Assembly (NCBI GenBank): GCA_038087875.1
Contig: CM075998.1
Coordinates: forward strand, 3,722,001-3,786,000
Direction: 5' to 3'
Source: Malacoraja senta
Taxonomy: Eukaryota
DNA length: 64,000 bases
Below the pieces are notes generated by a model. That model was not told the DNA's origin. It did no database searches and saw nothing but the letters and a program-made list of their open reading frames with translations. The position numbers and the translations under genes were made by a program. Of this stretch, positions 12,925 to 26,809 are shown in pieces; the stretch's first letter is position 1, and every line of letters begins with the position of its first letter.

Positions 12925-13290
12925 AGGTAGACAAAAGTGCTGGAGAAACTCAGGTGCAGCCGCATCTGTGGAGTGAAGGAAATAGGCAACGTTTCGGGCC
13001 GAAACCCTTCTTCAGACTGATGGAGGGTGGGGGGGGAGGGGGGGTGGGGAGAAGAAAGGAAAAAGGAGGAGGAGGAGCCCGAGGGCTGAGGGAGAGCTAG
13101 GAAGGGGAGGAGACAGCAAGAGCTAACGGAATTGGGAGAATTCAATGTTCAGGCCACCGGGATGCAGATTGCCCAAGCGGAATATGAGGTGCTGTTCCTC
13201 CAATTTCCGGTGTTGCTCACTCTGGTCATGGAGGAGGCCCAGGACAGAGAGGTCGGATACGGAATGGGAGGGGGAGTTGAAGTGCTGAGC
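12925..13290 (-). mobile_element. Penelope 3' fragment
   Basis: Reverse complement of the GIY-YIG C-terminus and pseudo-LTR seen at 55870-56250. Confidence 0.85.
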
Positions 13291-14734
13291 CTTGGACTTT
13301 GCTGAGGCTTTCTGTCTGTGACAACTTTAGGGTATCACAAAGCACTTTACAATCAATTATACACTTTAGAACAGCAACCACTTTGTAATGCAAGGGAATG
13401 CTGCAGAAATGCACATAACAATCTAACCACGAACAGCAATATTTTAATACATTAATGTTGATTAAGGGATAAATATTGGCCAGGGTGCCTTGCACTTTAC
13501 TAGAGGAGCCAAGCGAGGTTGTAGATAGACACAAAGTGCTGGAGTAACTGAGCAGCATCTCTGGGTCGAAGGAATGGGTGACGTTTCGGGTCGAGACACT
13601 TGTTCAGACTTTAGATTGTAGGGCTGGTTTGCAGACATAGAGGGGCGCAAGGTGCTGGAATTATGAGAATTTTAAAATCGACACAATAATTACATGATAA
13701 TTATATGATAATTACATGAGGCAATGGCGTATAGAAATGACTAAAATACAATATATGCATAACATAACCAGAATCTAAATTTCCACAATGTGATCACAAC
13801 TATTCATAAAAATAGCTTCTAATTTGCTGCAAGTGTCATGGAAAGATAATGAAGAAAGTTATTAATATTATAATATTAAAGTTTTTAATATTCTCTCATT
13901 TTTGACTCTCACTTTCAACTCTATCAAAACTCCTAACTGAAAGGCAATTCATAATTTCTCTAAACCATCAGCTTTTGGAAGAACTGTGTTCTTAATATTG
14001 AAGCATTCAGCTTTCCAAAATCAAATCAATCCCAGCTCTTTTCCGAACTCAAATGAGAAAAATACAAAAGACTCTTGTGATTAGCATGTGAAATTTCTAC
14101 AACAAATCAAACAATACAGGGTACAAATTCAATTAAACAGAGGTAGAACACGTAATATAGGTAGATTGATGGTGAGATGGGAACATTTTGCATGACTGAA
14201 TTGAACAAGTCAGTTCTTCTGATCAAAGAACTGTTCGTATTTAAATCAACAAGGCTATTTACAATTTAAATTACAAACCAATTTCATTCAACATCAAAGA
14301 TTTCTGTTAACATTGAGGTTAAGAATACAAATTGTACAGATATTGTCACATTTACCATCTGGTTTAATCAATTTCATGGAATAAACCTCTTTAAGATAAC
14401 TACTTACTGATTACTGTAATAGCCCGAGACCTGGTTTTTATGCTACTGTATTAAGGTTTATACATCGAAATAAACTGTAACAGGATTAGAGTTTTGTGCT
14501 AGAACAATGAATTGTGAATTAGCAAATGTTCGACTGCTCTGTACTTTTGTCCAAGATCCACAGCCTTAAATGGATTCAGTGAATATGCCAATTGATGCTG
14601 TCCCCGAGCATTAATTAAGCGTCAATGACTGCAGGATCACTGAGACCAAGAACAGGTTAATTTTCCAAAAAGATGTTAATGACCCAGCTGTTTTCTTTAT
14701 TCCTGGTGCTAACCACAACTTATCCGACTTATTA

Positions 14735-15326
14735 AACATAGAAACATAGAAAATAGGTGCAGGGGGAGGCCATTCGGCCCTTCGAGCCAGCTGCCATTCA
14801 TTGTGATCATGGCTGATCGTCCCCAATCAATAACCCGTGCCTGCCTCCTCCCCATATCCCTTGATTCCACTAGCCCCTAGAGCTCTATCTAACTCTCTCT
14901 TAAATCCATCCAGTGATTTGGCCTCCACTGCCCTCTGACAATAGACAATAGACAATAGACAATAGGTGCAGGAGTAGGCCATTCGGCCCTTCGAGCCAGC
15001 TGTGGCAGGGAATTCCACAAATTCACAACTCTCTGGGTGAAAAAAGTTTTTTCTCACCTCAGTCTTAAATGGCCTCCCCTTTATTCTGAGACTGTGGCCC
15101 TTGGTTCTGGACTTGCCCAACATTGGGAACATTTTTCCTGCATCTAGCTTGTCCAGTCCTTTTATAATTTTATATGTCTCTATAAGATCCCCCCTCATCC
15201 TTCTAAACTCCAGTGAATACAAGCCTAGTCTTTTCAATCTTTCCTCATATGACAGTCCCGCCATCCCAGGAATCAATCTCGTGAACCTACGCTGCACTGC
15301 CTCAATCACAAGGATGTCCTTCCTCC
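14735..15326 (-). mobile_element. CR1 LINE 3' fragment with a nested CR1 tail piece
   Basis: ORF 14827-15351 is the CR1 RT C-terminus; (catagaaa)n tail; inserted (caataga)n tail at about 14937-15000. Confidence 0.88.
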
Positions 15327-15361
15327 AAACTACAGAAGAATTTGAACTCATGCAATCATAT

Positions 15362-15646
15362 AGTGTGGAAGCAGGCCCTTCGGTCCACTCATTCTATCAA
15401 CCATCTTATTTCCCCACATTCCCATCAATTCCCCTCAGATTTCACCAATCACGCCAGCAGCAATGTGCAGTTGCCAAGTAACCCACCAACCTGGGATGTG
15501 GCAGGAAACCGGAGCACCCGAAGAAAACCCGCGTGGTCAGAGGAAGAACGTGCAAACTCCACAGAGGTAGCACCCAAGGTCGGGATCGAACCGGGATCAC
15601 TGGCCCTATGAGGCAGCAGCTCTATTGTCTTTGCTATCAAGCTGCC
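15362..15646 (-). mobile_element. HE1-like SINE (diverged)
   Basis: Reverse complement of the SINE head and body. Confidence 0.65.
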
Positions 15647-15753
15647 CAGCTAATTTCTAACTTAAATGTCCACATCATAACCACAAAGCTACCACACCTA
15701 AACACATCTGAGGAAGAATACTTTTCGCGTTATTAGGTGGTCTCACATCTTGG

Positions 15754-15897
15754 CTCTCTCTCTCTCTCTCTCTCCCTCTCTCCACACTTTCTCCCCTTCT
15801 CTCTCTCACCCCCTCTCTCTCTCCCTCTCCCTCTCCCTCTCCCTCTCCCTCTCCCTCTCCCTCTCCCTCTCCCTCTCCCTCTCCCTCTCCCTCTCCC
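15754..15897. repeat. (CT)n/(CTCTCC)n polypyrimidine microsatellite
   Basis: Read directly. Confidence 0.95.
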
Positions 15898-17309
15898 ACT
15901 AGCCAATATGGGCAGCAGTGCTGAAAGTTCAGACCACTATTTTATCCAGTTTATGACAAGCTGAACTCCCACACTGTTGGGTTGCTAGCCTAGTCTCAAT
16001 GCACTGGACTAATATAACCATGAAATATATTGGAAAATAGAAGCTATCCATGAGTACCAGTACCGTGTACCTGGTTGATGGCTCATGATTCAATGAGGTG
16101 AAGTGTTCGCAGTCAACCTACTCTATGTTTACTGCTTGCCAACTCTAACCTGCACATAATTATTTTCCTTCTGAGTGTCCAGAGGATTAACCTTTAATTC
16201 TGGAGATTTCAGAATAACTGGTGTCACTGAATCAAGCTACCTTGCAACATTTTCATGACGTTAAATGCATATACCTACCCAAGCGGGATAGACGATGCAA
16301 TATCCGATTAAAATAGCTTGAATGACTAGCAACTTCTCATGCCCCTATGTAACCTTCCTTTGTAACCTGGGTTTCTATTTATTTGGGTTTAGAGGTGATC
16401 TGAAAGAGTCAAGAGAGTCAAGAGTCAAGAGTGTTATTTGGTTATTTGTCCCGAAACAATGAACATGCTGCAAATACTCAGGTCAGGCAGCATTTGTGGG
16501 AAATAGAGTTAACACTCCAGATTGATGACCTTCTGACCTGCAATTTTAACTTTGTTTCTCCCTCCACAGATGCCGCCTGACCTGCTGAGTATCTCCAGTA
16601 TTTTCTGTTTTTATTTCAGATTTACAACACATGCAGCTTCTTGAGAAGTAATGTAACTGACGTACATTAAAAGGGATTCAGTGGGTAGATTGGTAAGTGT
16701 TTTTATCTGAATGAACACTAAGTCGGTGTGGCAAATCAGGACTGTTTCATTTCAGATTCTGGAACCTACAATCTAATGATATAAATTGCAGTAACATAAG
16801 ATGTAAGGCAATGTAATTGCTACCGCATTACTTTTCTTCGACCAGAAGCCCTCTAGTGTACACACAACAATGTGCATGTACAGTGCCTGTCAGTGTGAGA
16901 AATCTAGACTATGTTCCCAAACTTTCCTCAATTGCGCGTACCCTACAAGATTAGACTACCCTGCCAGTTGCCCAAATCCAGCACATATTTCATGTTCCAT
17001 CTGCCTAATCCAACCATCAGTCTTCCACCTGCCATCTCTCCATCTGTCCAACCACTCTGAATCAGTTCAGGTGTCAAGAGTAAAAAAAGACACAAAGTAC
17101 TGGAGTAACTCACGGGTCAGGTAGCATCTCTGCTGCATGTTCTCCAGAGATGCTATCTGACTCACTGAGTCAATCCAGCACTTTGTGTTGTAAACCAGCA
17201 TCTCCAGTCTGAAGAAGGGTCTTGACGAGCAATGTCACCCATTCCTTCTCTCCACAGATGCTGCCTGTCCCACTGAGACACTTTGTATCTGTCTCCAGTT
17301 CCTTACTTC

Positions 17310-17788
17310 TCAGAGTCAGGAGTGTGTAATTGTCAGATGCACCGGGAATGGAACAATGACATTTTTATTTGCTGCAGCTTGACAGGAATATTGAAACCAA
17401 CAAAACCACAAATAAATATACAAAACAATTACGGTAGTGTCTTTCTGATGGTAGCAGCGGGATGAGAGCGTAGCCAGGCTGATGTGGATCTTTGATGATA
17501 TTAGCTGCCTTCTTGAAGCACCGTTTCCTGTCCATCCCTTTGATGGTGGCGAGGTCAATACCCATGATGGACCAGGCAATGTCCGCCACTTTCAATAGCC
17601 TCCTTCATTCTTGGGCGTTCAAATCTCAAACCAGGCTATGATGCAACCATTCTGTCTTGCTCTCTACTGTGCAGTTCAGTAGAGTATTCGGCGTCATGCA
17701 GAATCTCTTCAATCTTCTGAGGAAATGGAGGCGGCTCTTTGTGTGATTGCATCAATTTGCTGGGCCCAGGACAGATTTTCAGAGACAT
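17310..17788 (-). mobile_element. Rex1/Babar-type LINE 3' fragment
   Basis: ORF 17365-17595 RCFKKAANIIKDPHQPGYALIPLLPS; related pieces at 12225-12610 (+) and 41895-42310 (-) with (cttgact)n tails. Confidence 0.75.
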
Positions 17789-17789
17789 A

Positions 17790-18007
17790 CCATGCTCAGA
17801 GGGCGGTGGAGGCAGGTTCTCTGGATGCTTTCAAGAGAGAGAGCTAGATAGGGCTCTTTAAAAATAGCGGAGTCAGGGGATATGGGGAGAAGGCAGGAAC
17901 GGGGTACTGATTGGGGATGATCAGCCATGATCACATTGAATGGCGAGTACAGGCTCGAAGGGCCCGGATAGCCTCCTCCTGCGTCTATTGTCTATTGTCT
18001 ATTGTCT
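17790..18007 (+). mobile_element. CR1 3' end
   Basis: Same 3' UTR as 30520-30717, with a (ctattgt)n tail. Confidence 0.8.
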
Positions 18008-20553
18008 ACATGCCTAGGAACTTGAAGTTGTTAACTCTCTCCACTGCTGATGAAGATAGTTTCATGGAAGGTACACAAAAATGCTGGAGAAACTCAGCGG
18101 GTGCAGCAGCATCTATGGAGCGAAGGAAATAGGCAACATTTCGGGCCGAAACCCTTTCTTCAGACTCTTGGACCCTTGGCTTTCCCATTCATGAAGTCAA
18201 CCATCAATAATCCACTCCACTCATCTGTACGACCACCCTCGATCATTTGCTAACATCCCCAACCATTTTTCCATTCCTCCTCCCATCTCTAATCATCTGC
18301 TTGACCACCTCCTGATCATCTGCCTGACCAACTCCTGCAATCCTCAAACCACCAATTGTCCATAGTAAATATCAACAGCCTTTTCATTTTGCCTTTGCAC
18401 AATTTTTCTTATTCATTCTTCCACCCCAAAGCCCTCCACTCCTAGGTATATCTTGCCAACCCATAGGGCCATGTGTACCACAGATTGGGATGTTCAATGC
18501 GAGATCAATGGGCACAGGCTTAAAATTAAAACTAGACAATCCAGGAGGGAAATCAGGAAGCACCTTTGCACACAAAGGTTGATGCAAATCAAAAATTGTG
18601 ACACAAACACACACGCATTCACACATGCTCATACAGACATGCACACACAGAGTTAAGTGCTGGGTCAATTGAAATCTTCAAAAATGAATGGATGGCATCA
18701 AATCAGGCCTTCAAGGGTTAAAGAGAAAAATGAGTGATTTAAATTGAGGTGCATATTAGCTACGATCTAGCAGCTTGAATGCCTCATGGGGTCTATTTCT
18801 GTTCTCGTGGTTCCTATATAGTACAACTAACAGCATGATCAACATTAATTTACTGACACCCAGAGGCTGCTGTAGGTTGGGCAAATGACTTACTCTGCAT
18901 ATGTTCCTTCGCAGGGGATGCTAACCCTTCAGTATACAGCATGTGTTCCTAATCCTCAACTGTAGAGCTCAGCAGTATGTTTTTGCAAATGCCACAGGGC
19001 TTTCCATAATGGAGCTTGGTTCAATGTTTAAGCTTGGACACATGCCAGCAGAGTACAGTGAATGGTGATTGTGGATGATTGCTGACATCGAGGCCAAGTA
19101 AATATAATTGTTACTCAAGGAACAAAAACGAACACAATTTCACAGACAGGGATTAAGACAGGGATTGGGAAAGGGTGCAAAGGAGATTTACCAAAGGGAT
19201 CAGGGAATTCAGCAAGTGGCTAGACTGGAGGCTGGGTTTGTTTTTCCTGGAGGAGGTTGAGAGCATTGGAGCATGTTTGGACCAAGACTGTGATGAAATC
19301 TGGGAGTCAATGGCTTCGCCCCAGTCCTCTTGAGGAAAACAGCGCTAGAATCTCCAGTCTATTAACATTATTTGGTAAATGCCAAGCTATGGTCCGAACA
19401 GCAAGGGAAGGTATCATTGACGATGCTATCAAGTGCCACATATCCACTAATAACCTGCTCACCCAGTTTTGGTTTGGCCAAGACCATTGGGTCCCAGATC
19501 TGATCACTGCGTTGGTCTAAGCCCCAGACACAAGTACAGAATTGAAAGTAACAGCTCTTAATTTCAAGGCCACATTTGATCAAGTGTGGCATTAGGGAAC
19601 CACCAGGGTTTGAGGGGTTTCTTAGAGTAGATGTGGAATTGATGTTTCCTTTGGTTGGGGTGCCTTGAACCAGGGATCACAGTCTCAAAATCAGCGCTTA
19701 GTCAGGCAGGATAGAAATGAGGAGAGATTTCTTCCCTCAGAGGATGGTTAGCTTTTGGAATGTAGGGCTCACAAAACAAAAGATGGCTGTAATGTACCTT
19801 GATTTGTGCTTCAATCGAAGGAAGCATCAACCTTTTTCTTCTGGAAAGCATTTTTCTTAACTTTGACGCTTGTGTTCTACCTGGACTGTGTGATTACTCA
19901 GTTCTTGGTGCTACACATTTGTCCATATGCTGAACATGAATTGCAGATTTAAGCATTTGAATTGACATCCCTCTTAGCATGTTGCACAATGACCACAAAG
20001 CGTCTGCATTTGGACTGAGAAATGAAAAGTCTAACCAGGGACAAGTGTATTCATAATGATTCATCCACTTCCAAAAGAAGAAATAATATAATCGCAAGAG
20101 AAGCTGGAACATATTATTAAGGAAAACAGATTTTCAATTTTGATCATTAATTGCTTTCTTTGCCATATTTTTAAAATTTTATATGAAACACAACTGAATT
20201 TCAGTAAAAGAACAATTTAACTGGTGATTGCTGTTGACTGTAATGAGATTGAATCACTTTTTCTGTTCAGTAACAAATAGGAAATATGCAAAAGTGACAA
20301 ATCTCTAAAAACTTTACCTGTTGGCATAAAGCTGACTCAGTATTAAAATGTCATAAAAAGAGCATGGATTTTGCATGTACGGAGGTGAACAAGCACACTG
20401 GGCATTGAAACCCATAGTTTATTGAAACCCATAGTTTGCTTAAAAATTGCAGCTTTTGTTCTAATGGCTTGATTGCTACTTTACAAAAATGATTCAGTTT
20501 GATGATATCATAGACATACTTTTCTAAATAGTTTAATTACTTGATAGTTTTAG

Positions 20554-20755
20554 GACTGTCTGAAAGACTTGAATCTTCAGGCTGATAGCCTCATGTCCAG
20601 TGATGCCTTTGACACCACCCAAGTAAATGACAAACGCACTGTGGTGAACAGTCGGTTTCAAAAATTAAAACTATGGCCACAACTCGTCCTGCTAACCTGA
20701 ATGAATCACATAGACTTCACCAATTCTTCCGTGATTTGGATGAAGAGGAATCTTG
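20554..20755 (+). pseudogene. SPTAN1: Orphan frameshifted exon of alpha-II spectrin (SPTAN1-like spectrin repeat)
   Basis: After a ttttag acceptor it reads DCLKDLNLQADSLMSSDAFDTTQVNDKRTVVNSRFQK, then, across a 1-nt deletion in the A-run at about 20660-20670, KTMATTRPANLNESHRLHQFFRDLDEEES. This matches remembered human SPTAN1 DRLKDLNSQADSLMTSSAFDTSQVKDKRDTINGRFQKIKSMAASRRAKLNESHRLHQFFRDMDDEESWIK. No donor and no neighbouring spectrin exons were found. Confidence 0.88.
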
Positions 20756-22117
20756 TCATCCGATGTTGTTTCCAAGAATTGGCTCCATAATCCTTTCCCT
20801 CCTTTCACAGAATGGTTACAGCACATTCAGCCTGTAGAATCTGTTCTGTATCAGTCTGAAGAAAGGTCTCGACCCAAAACGTCACCCGTTCCTTCTCTCC
20901 AGAGATGATGCCTGTCCCGCTGAGTTACTCCAGCATTTTGTACCTATCTCCAGTTGAAACAAGCATCTGCAGTTCCTTCCTACACTGTTCTGGAAACCAT
21001 TCTTTCAGCTGCTTCTTAATAACACATGGATTTGATTAAATTGACTAGAGACCAGCTTCTGTGATGGTGGGATCTCAGGACAGAGTTGAGATGGATCATT
21101 CATGGGGCACTTCTACTTGATGGCAAAAGCTTCAACCTCAGCATTCACATTTTAGGCTCCATTACCATAGAGATTGAGGATGTTCTTACAGCCTCCTCCA
21201 CCCATCACCCGGACGACTGACCACCACCATTCACAACTAGCCATGGCTCTGCTTATAGTGTGCTGTTTTTGCTGCTTAGCACATATGTTGTCAGTGTTGG
21301 AGCCTTGCTGGCTCAGTACATTGTTACGGTCAATTTGTGCTGCTTTTTGAGCCACTTATACACATACATGATTTATCCACTGGAATAGTCGTAGTCGAGG
21401 GACGGAGTACAAGAAAAGCATATTTGATTCATCTGCAAATTGCAAACCAGAGGATGTGGTGTACAGAGTCACAATGTACGGCACAGAAACGGGCCCTTCA
21501 GCCCACACATCCATCCCAACCTCTGTGCCCATCTACACTAATCCCATTTGCTTCCATTAAGCCCATATCCTCCTATGCCTGTCTATTTATGTCTGCCTAA
21601 ATGCTTCTTTAACGTACTGATCGTATCTGATTCCACCACGTTCTTCTGCAGCACGTTCCAGATATCAAATCAAATACAAAATCAGGTATGTGTGAAAAAA
21701 CATACCCCTCAGATCCCCTTTCAAGTTCAGTCCTCTTGTCTTAAACCTCTTCCCTTTTGTTTTTGATATCCCAACTATAGGAAAACGATTCTGACTCTCT
21801 GCCCTACCTACTCTCCATATAATCTTATACACCTCTATCTGGTCACCCCTCAGTCTCCATCATTCCAGGGAAAGTAATCCCAGCCTATGCAATCTCTCCC
21901 CATAAGTGATAGTGCAATTATGGGGACAGGAGATGTGAGAAAACAGAATGCATGCAAACTTACCGCCATCTTCTGTGACCTCTGCCCCACCATATGCAAC
22001 TGTCTGTGCAGCAGTTAGGTGCATGAACAGTTTCCTCAGCTCTTACTGGTGTCGTCTTCCCCTGCAAAAGAGAAAGAAGAATATTATTGTTTGGTGATAC
22101 ATCTGTTGAATGGCTGA

Positions 22118-22463
<346 letters not shown>

Positions 22464-24029
22464 GGCAGAAGTAGTGGTTAATTTACAATGGGTCATAATT
22501 ATTAAGTAGCAGTAATTGATGAAAAAGGTTATTGTTAGTTTGTGATGGAAGAATGGTATGTTGAACTGTGTGTATGTGTAGCCTGCATTTGTTGGTAGAT
22601 GTGATTTGCTTGATATGGGCACTAACCTTTATCATAAGTGTGAGGCATGTAACCGCTCCTAGAACTGACTGCTCCGAACACCACTGAAACTTCCATTGCA
22701 TTTTAGATCTGCAAGACTTTCAGGGCTCTCAATCATGGACCTCCTTCTGGTTCCTACTATTTTGGCTACTACTTCAAAAGCGGCAGAGAGTGAATGAGCG
22801 TGCTCCCATCGCCGCTTCAACATTAAAGCAGTAAAGGCTCCAGGCTGGAAAGAGTGCATGGAATATTTATGAGGATGGTGCCAGGACTCGAGGACCTGAG
22901 CATCATCCTCAGATTCTTGAAAGGGGAAAGATCAAATAGGAACCCGAGGGGCAACTTTTTTCACTCAGAAGGTGGTGAGTGTATGGAATGAACTGCCAGA
23001 AGAGGTAGTTGAGGCAGGTACTATGACAGCACTTAAAATACACTTGGGCAAGAACATGGGTAGGAAAGGTTCGGAAGGATATGGGGCAAATGCGGGCAAA
23101 TGGGAATATCTTAGAAGGGGCATCTTGGTTGGCATGGATGAGTTGGGTTGATGAGCTTGTTTCCATGTTGTATGACTATGACTACACAAGGATTTCCCTT
23201 TCTGGTCATTGGCAGTGAGCTCCTCTCTTCAAGGAGTCCAGACATAATTTCAAACAGTGCAAGCCGATTTCATCATGATAAGGATTCCTGAAATTACTCG
23301 CCATTAAAATATGTTTGTGCAAACAACATGACTAGTGATGTTTAAACAACATAATCACCGAACAGGTTCATAAATTCCAGGAGCAGAATTAAGCCATTTG
23401 GCCCATCAAGTCTAATCATGGCTGATCTATCTTTCCCACTCAACCCCATGCTCCTGCCTTCTCCCCATAGCCCTTCACACCCTTACTGATCAAGAAGTTA
23501 CAGTACATGCATAGATTTAAGATGAGAGGGAGTATTTAATGGGTCAAACTAATTTAGTGGGGTGAGGAATGATGGAAATCAGGTGGCACTGGAAAGAAAA
23601 GCAATACTGTATGCACAGGGGGTTGCATCAGATAGACACCACTAAAATAAAATAAAAACACAGGATTGGATGGGATTAGACTAAAACAAGAAGGCTGAGA
23701 ATACACACGTGTAAATGTGCAAAGCTTGGTGAAAAACATTGGTGAGCTGCAGGCACTAGTGGGATTGTGATGTTGTGATAATAACAGAAATCAGGCTTAA
23801 AATAGGACAGGATTAGGCACTAAATAATCTGGAAAACACAGGCTTGGATTCAATTGCAAAATTCCATGGGGTTTTTTCAGTGCAATACAACTGATTTTTT
23901 TCCCCCAAAGCTTTATTCCCCCCCCCTCCCCCCCCCAAATGAACCAAATGAAATACATTTGTGTGCTTTTGCTTCATTGTGAGGGATTTGACTGGCTACT
24001 AATGGGAGTCAGAAATCCTTGCACCTCTG

Positions 24030-24335
24030 TCAAACACAGGAAATTGGAGGAAATGCACCTCATATTCCGCTTGGGCAGTCTACATCCTGGGGGCATGAAC
24101 ATTGAATTCTCCCAATTCTGCTAGCCCTTGCTGTCCCCTCCCCTTCATCAGCCCTCTAGTTGTCTCCTCCCATCCCCCAGCCCTCGGGCTCCTCCTCCGC
24201 CTTTTTTCCTTTTTTCCTTTCTTCTCCCCACCCCCTATCAGTCTGAAGAAGGGTTTCGGCCCGAAACGTTGCCTATTTCCTTCGCTCCATAGATGCTGCT
24301 GCACCCGCTGAGTTTCTCCAGCATTTTTGTGTACC
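24030..24335 (+). mobile_element. Penelope 3' fragment (young)
   Basis: Nearly identical to 55950-56248 (RKLEEMHLIFRLGSLHPGGMNIEFSQFC* plus pseudo-LTR). Confidence 0.88.
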
Positions 24336-25769
24336 ACTGGGTTTAATGTGCTGGAAGTTAAAATTGTAGGTGAATTGGCAGCACCAAGCAGCCCATTTCA
24401 CTAAAAGACACAAAGTGCCGGAGTAACTCAGCGGGTCAGGCAGCATCTCTGGAGAAAATAGAGAGGTGATGTTTACAATAGACAGTAGACAATAGACAAT
24501 AGGTGCAGGAGTAGGCCATTCGGCCCTTCGAGCCAGCACCGCCATTCAATGTGATCATGGCAGGGGTGAACACAGGAGAGGGGAGGTGTTTGATAGACAG
24601 ATAGATGGTTGGACAAAGACCAGAGATTAAAGCAGGTGTGAGACCGATAGCCCGTTTCACTGTTGTGCTGTCAGGTTATAAGCATTAAAATTGAGTGGCA
24701 TGTGCATTCTTTTCCCTCTGTACTGCCCATTTGAACTGCAGAGTAAAATTAATTGCTCTGTGCAATTGAAACTTTATGCCATGCATAGTGCACATTGAAG
24801 CTATGGTTGGCATGCACTTGTACATATGACAGTCCACTCCACGATGAACTGAAGCACGTTTAATGTCACTGCTGCTACATTGAATTGTGAATAAAGGACA
24901 AAAAAAGTGTACACAGAAACAGAAAAGCATGCACTGAAAAAAGGATGGTACAGATATTGCTTAAAAAGGTAGACTTTAACTGCTTTATGTTTGGAGTGTC
25001 TATGGCAACAATTATACCATTAAATTCATTTCGAATGTACAATAATGAGATCCTGTTTCCCTGAGCTGGAGAGTCTGGAAATGGTGACATATTCTCATGA
25101 TAAGGGGTCGGTGATTTAAAACTTAAATGAGGATGAATTTTAGAACACTGAATAGTACAGTACAGGCCCTTTGGCCCACAATGTTTATGCCAAACATAAT
25201 GTTAACTTAAACTAATCTACCCGTGATCCATATTCCTCCATTCTGAATTCTTGATTCTGCGCCAACATATCCTTCCTCAGATGCAATGCCCAGAACTACA
25301 TAGAGTGCAGTCTGAGCCTTATTGCTCTCTAAAATAACTTCCACTCTTTGGCAATATTTCATAAGCTTTTGGATTTTTTTAATTCTTTCTGACCATTTAT
25401 TAGTTATTACTGTATATGGATCCCAAAATCTTTCTGTTCCTCCATTGCTTCTATCTTCATGCTGTTTAGAAAATGGTCTGTTATATTTTATATAATATAT
25501 ATAAAAATACTTTGTCAAAAATCCCATCAGGAACTACATTTGCTTCAATGTTGCACACTTACTTGATCAATGCCTCATTGCAATTTTTTACACCAATTTC
25601 ATCTCTTACTCTCTTTTCTTGCTGTCATCAGCAAACTTAGATTTAATGTTGTCGTCCTTCACCTACAAATAGCTTGCCCTACCAGGAACATCTTGCATTG
25701 CAGTTGGTTACCCTATCTGTTACTGAATGGATAGCAGCAGGTAGACTAAAATGTATCTGAAAGTGGCAT

Positions 25770-26400
25770 TCCCTGCAACACAAGTAGATAGAGTGGGAAA
25801 GAAGATAGGTGGTATGCTCATCTTAATCAGTCGGGGTATTGAGTATAAGAGTCAGGAAATCATGAAGCAGCCTTTTAGGACTTTGGTTAGGCTACATTTG
25901 GAGTATTACGTGCAGTTCTGGTTGCCGCATTACCAGAAGGATGTGGAGGCTTTGAAAAGGGTGCAAAAGAGGTAAACCAGAATGATGTCAGCATTAGAGG
26001 GTATTTGGAACGACAAGAGGTTCGACAAACTTGGATTGTTATCTCTGGAAGATCGGAGGTTGAGGAGAGACCTGATAGATGTATATAAAGTTATGAGAGG
26101 CATAGATAGGGTAGACAGTCAGAACCTTTGTCCCCAGGGCGGAAATGTCAAATACTTGAGGGTATAACTTTAAGGAGAGATGGGCAAAGTTTGAAGGAGA
26201 TGTGCGGGGCAAGTCTTTTTACACAGACAGAGCTGGGCACCTGGAACATGCTGCCAGCAGTTGTGGTGGAGGCAGATATGATAGCTTTTAGATAGGCACG
26301 TGGATATGCAGGGAATTTTGAGATATGGATCACGCGCATGCAAATGAGATCTTGGCATCATGTTCGGCACAGACATTTTTCCGTATTGTTCTATACTCTA
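25770..26400 (+). mobile_element. Older CR1 LINE 3' fragment
   Basis: LVRLHLEYYVQFWLPHYQKDVEALKRVQKR and RLRRDLIDVYKVMRGIDRV motifs, with stops. Confidence 0.8.
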
Positions 26401-26416
26401 TTTTAGATAGACAATA

Positions 26417-26722
26417 GGTTGCATTCATGAGGCAGGCAATGCATCAGATGGAAGGTTGCATTCATGAGGCAGGCAATGCATCAGATGGAAGGTTGCATTC
26501 ATGAGGCAGGCAATGCATCAGATGGAAGGTTGCATTCAAGAGACGGGCATGCATCAGATGAAAGGTTGCATTCATGAGGCAGGCAATGCATCAGATGGAA
26601 GGTTGCATTCATGAGGCAGGCAATGCATCAGATGGCGGGTTGCATTCATGAGGTGAATGGTGGTGAATGAGGTGAATCCATTCAGATGGTGGGGTTGCAT
26701 TCATGAGGCAGGCATGCATCAG
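26417..26722 (+). repeat. 37-bp minisatellite, about 8 copies
   Basis: ggttgcattcatgaggcaggcaatgcatcagatggaa at 26417, 26454, 26491, 26528, 26564, 26601, 26638 and 26693. Confidence 0.92.
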
Positions 26723-26809
26723 GACAACCTTTTGCCAAAAATCTGTCACTGCTCAGAAGGAAAACTTGGGGGGGGGGGGGGGGGTCGGGAGGTAAATTTT
26801 AATTCACAT

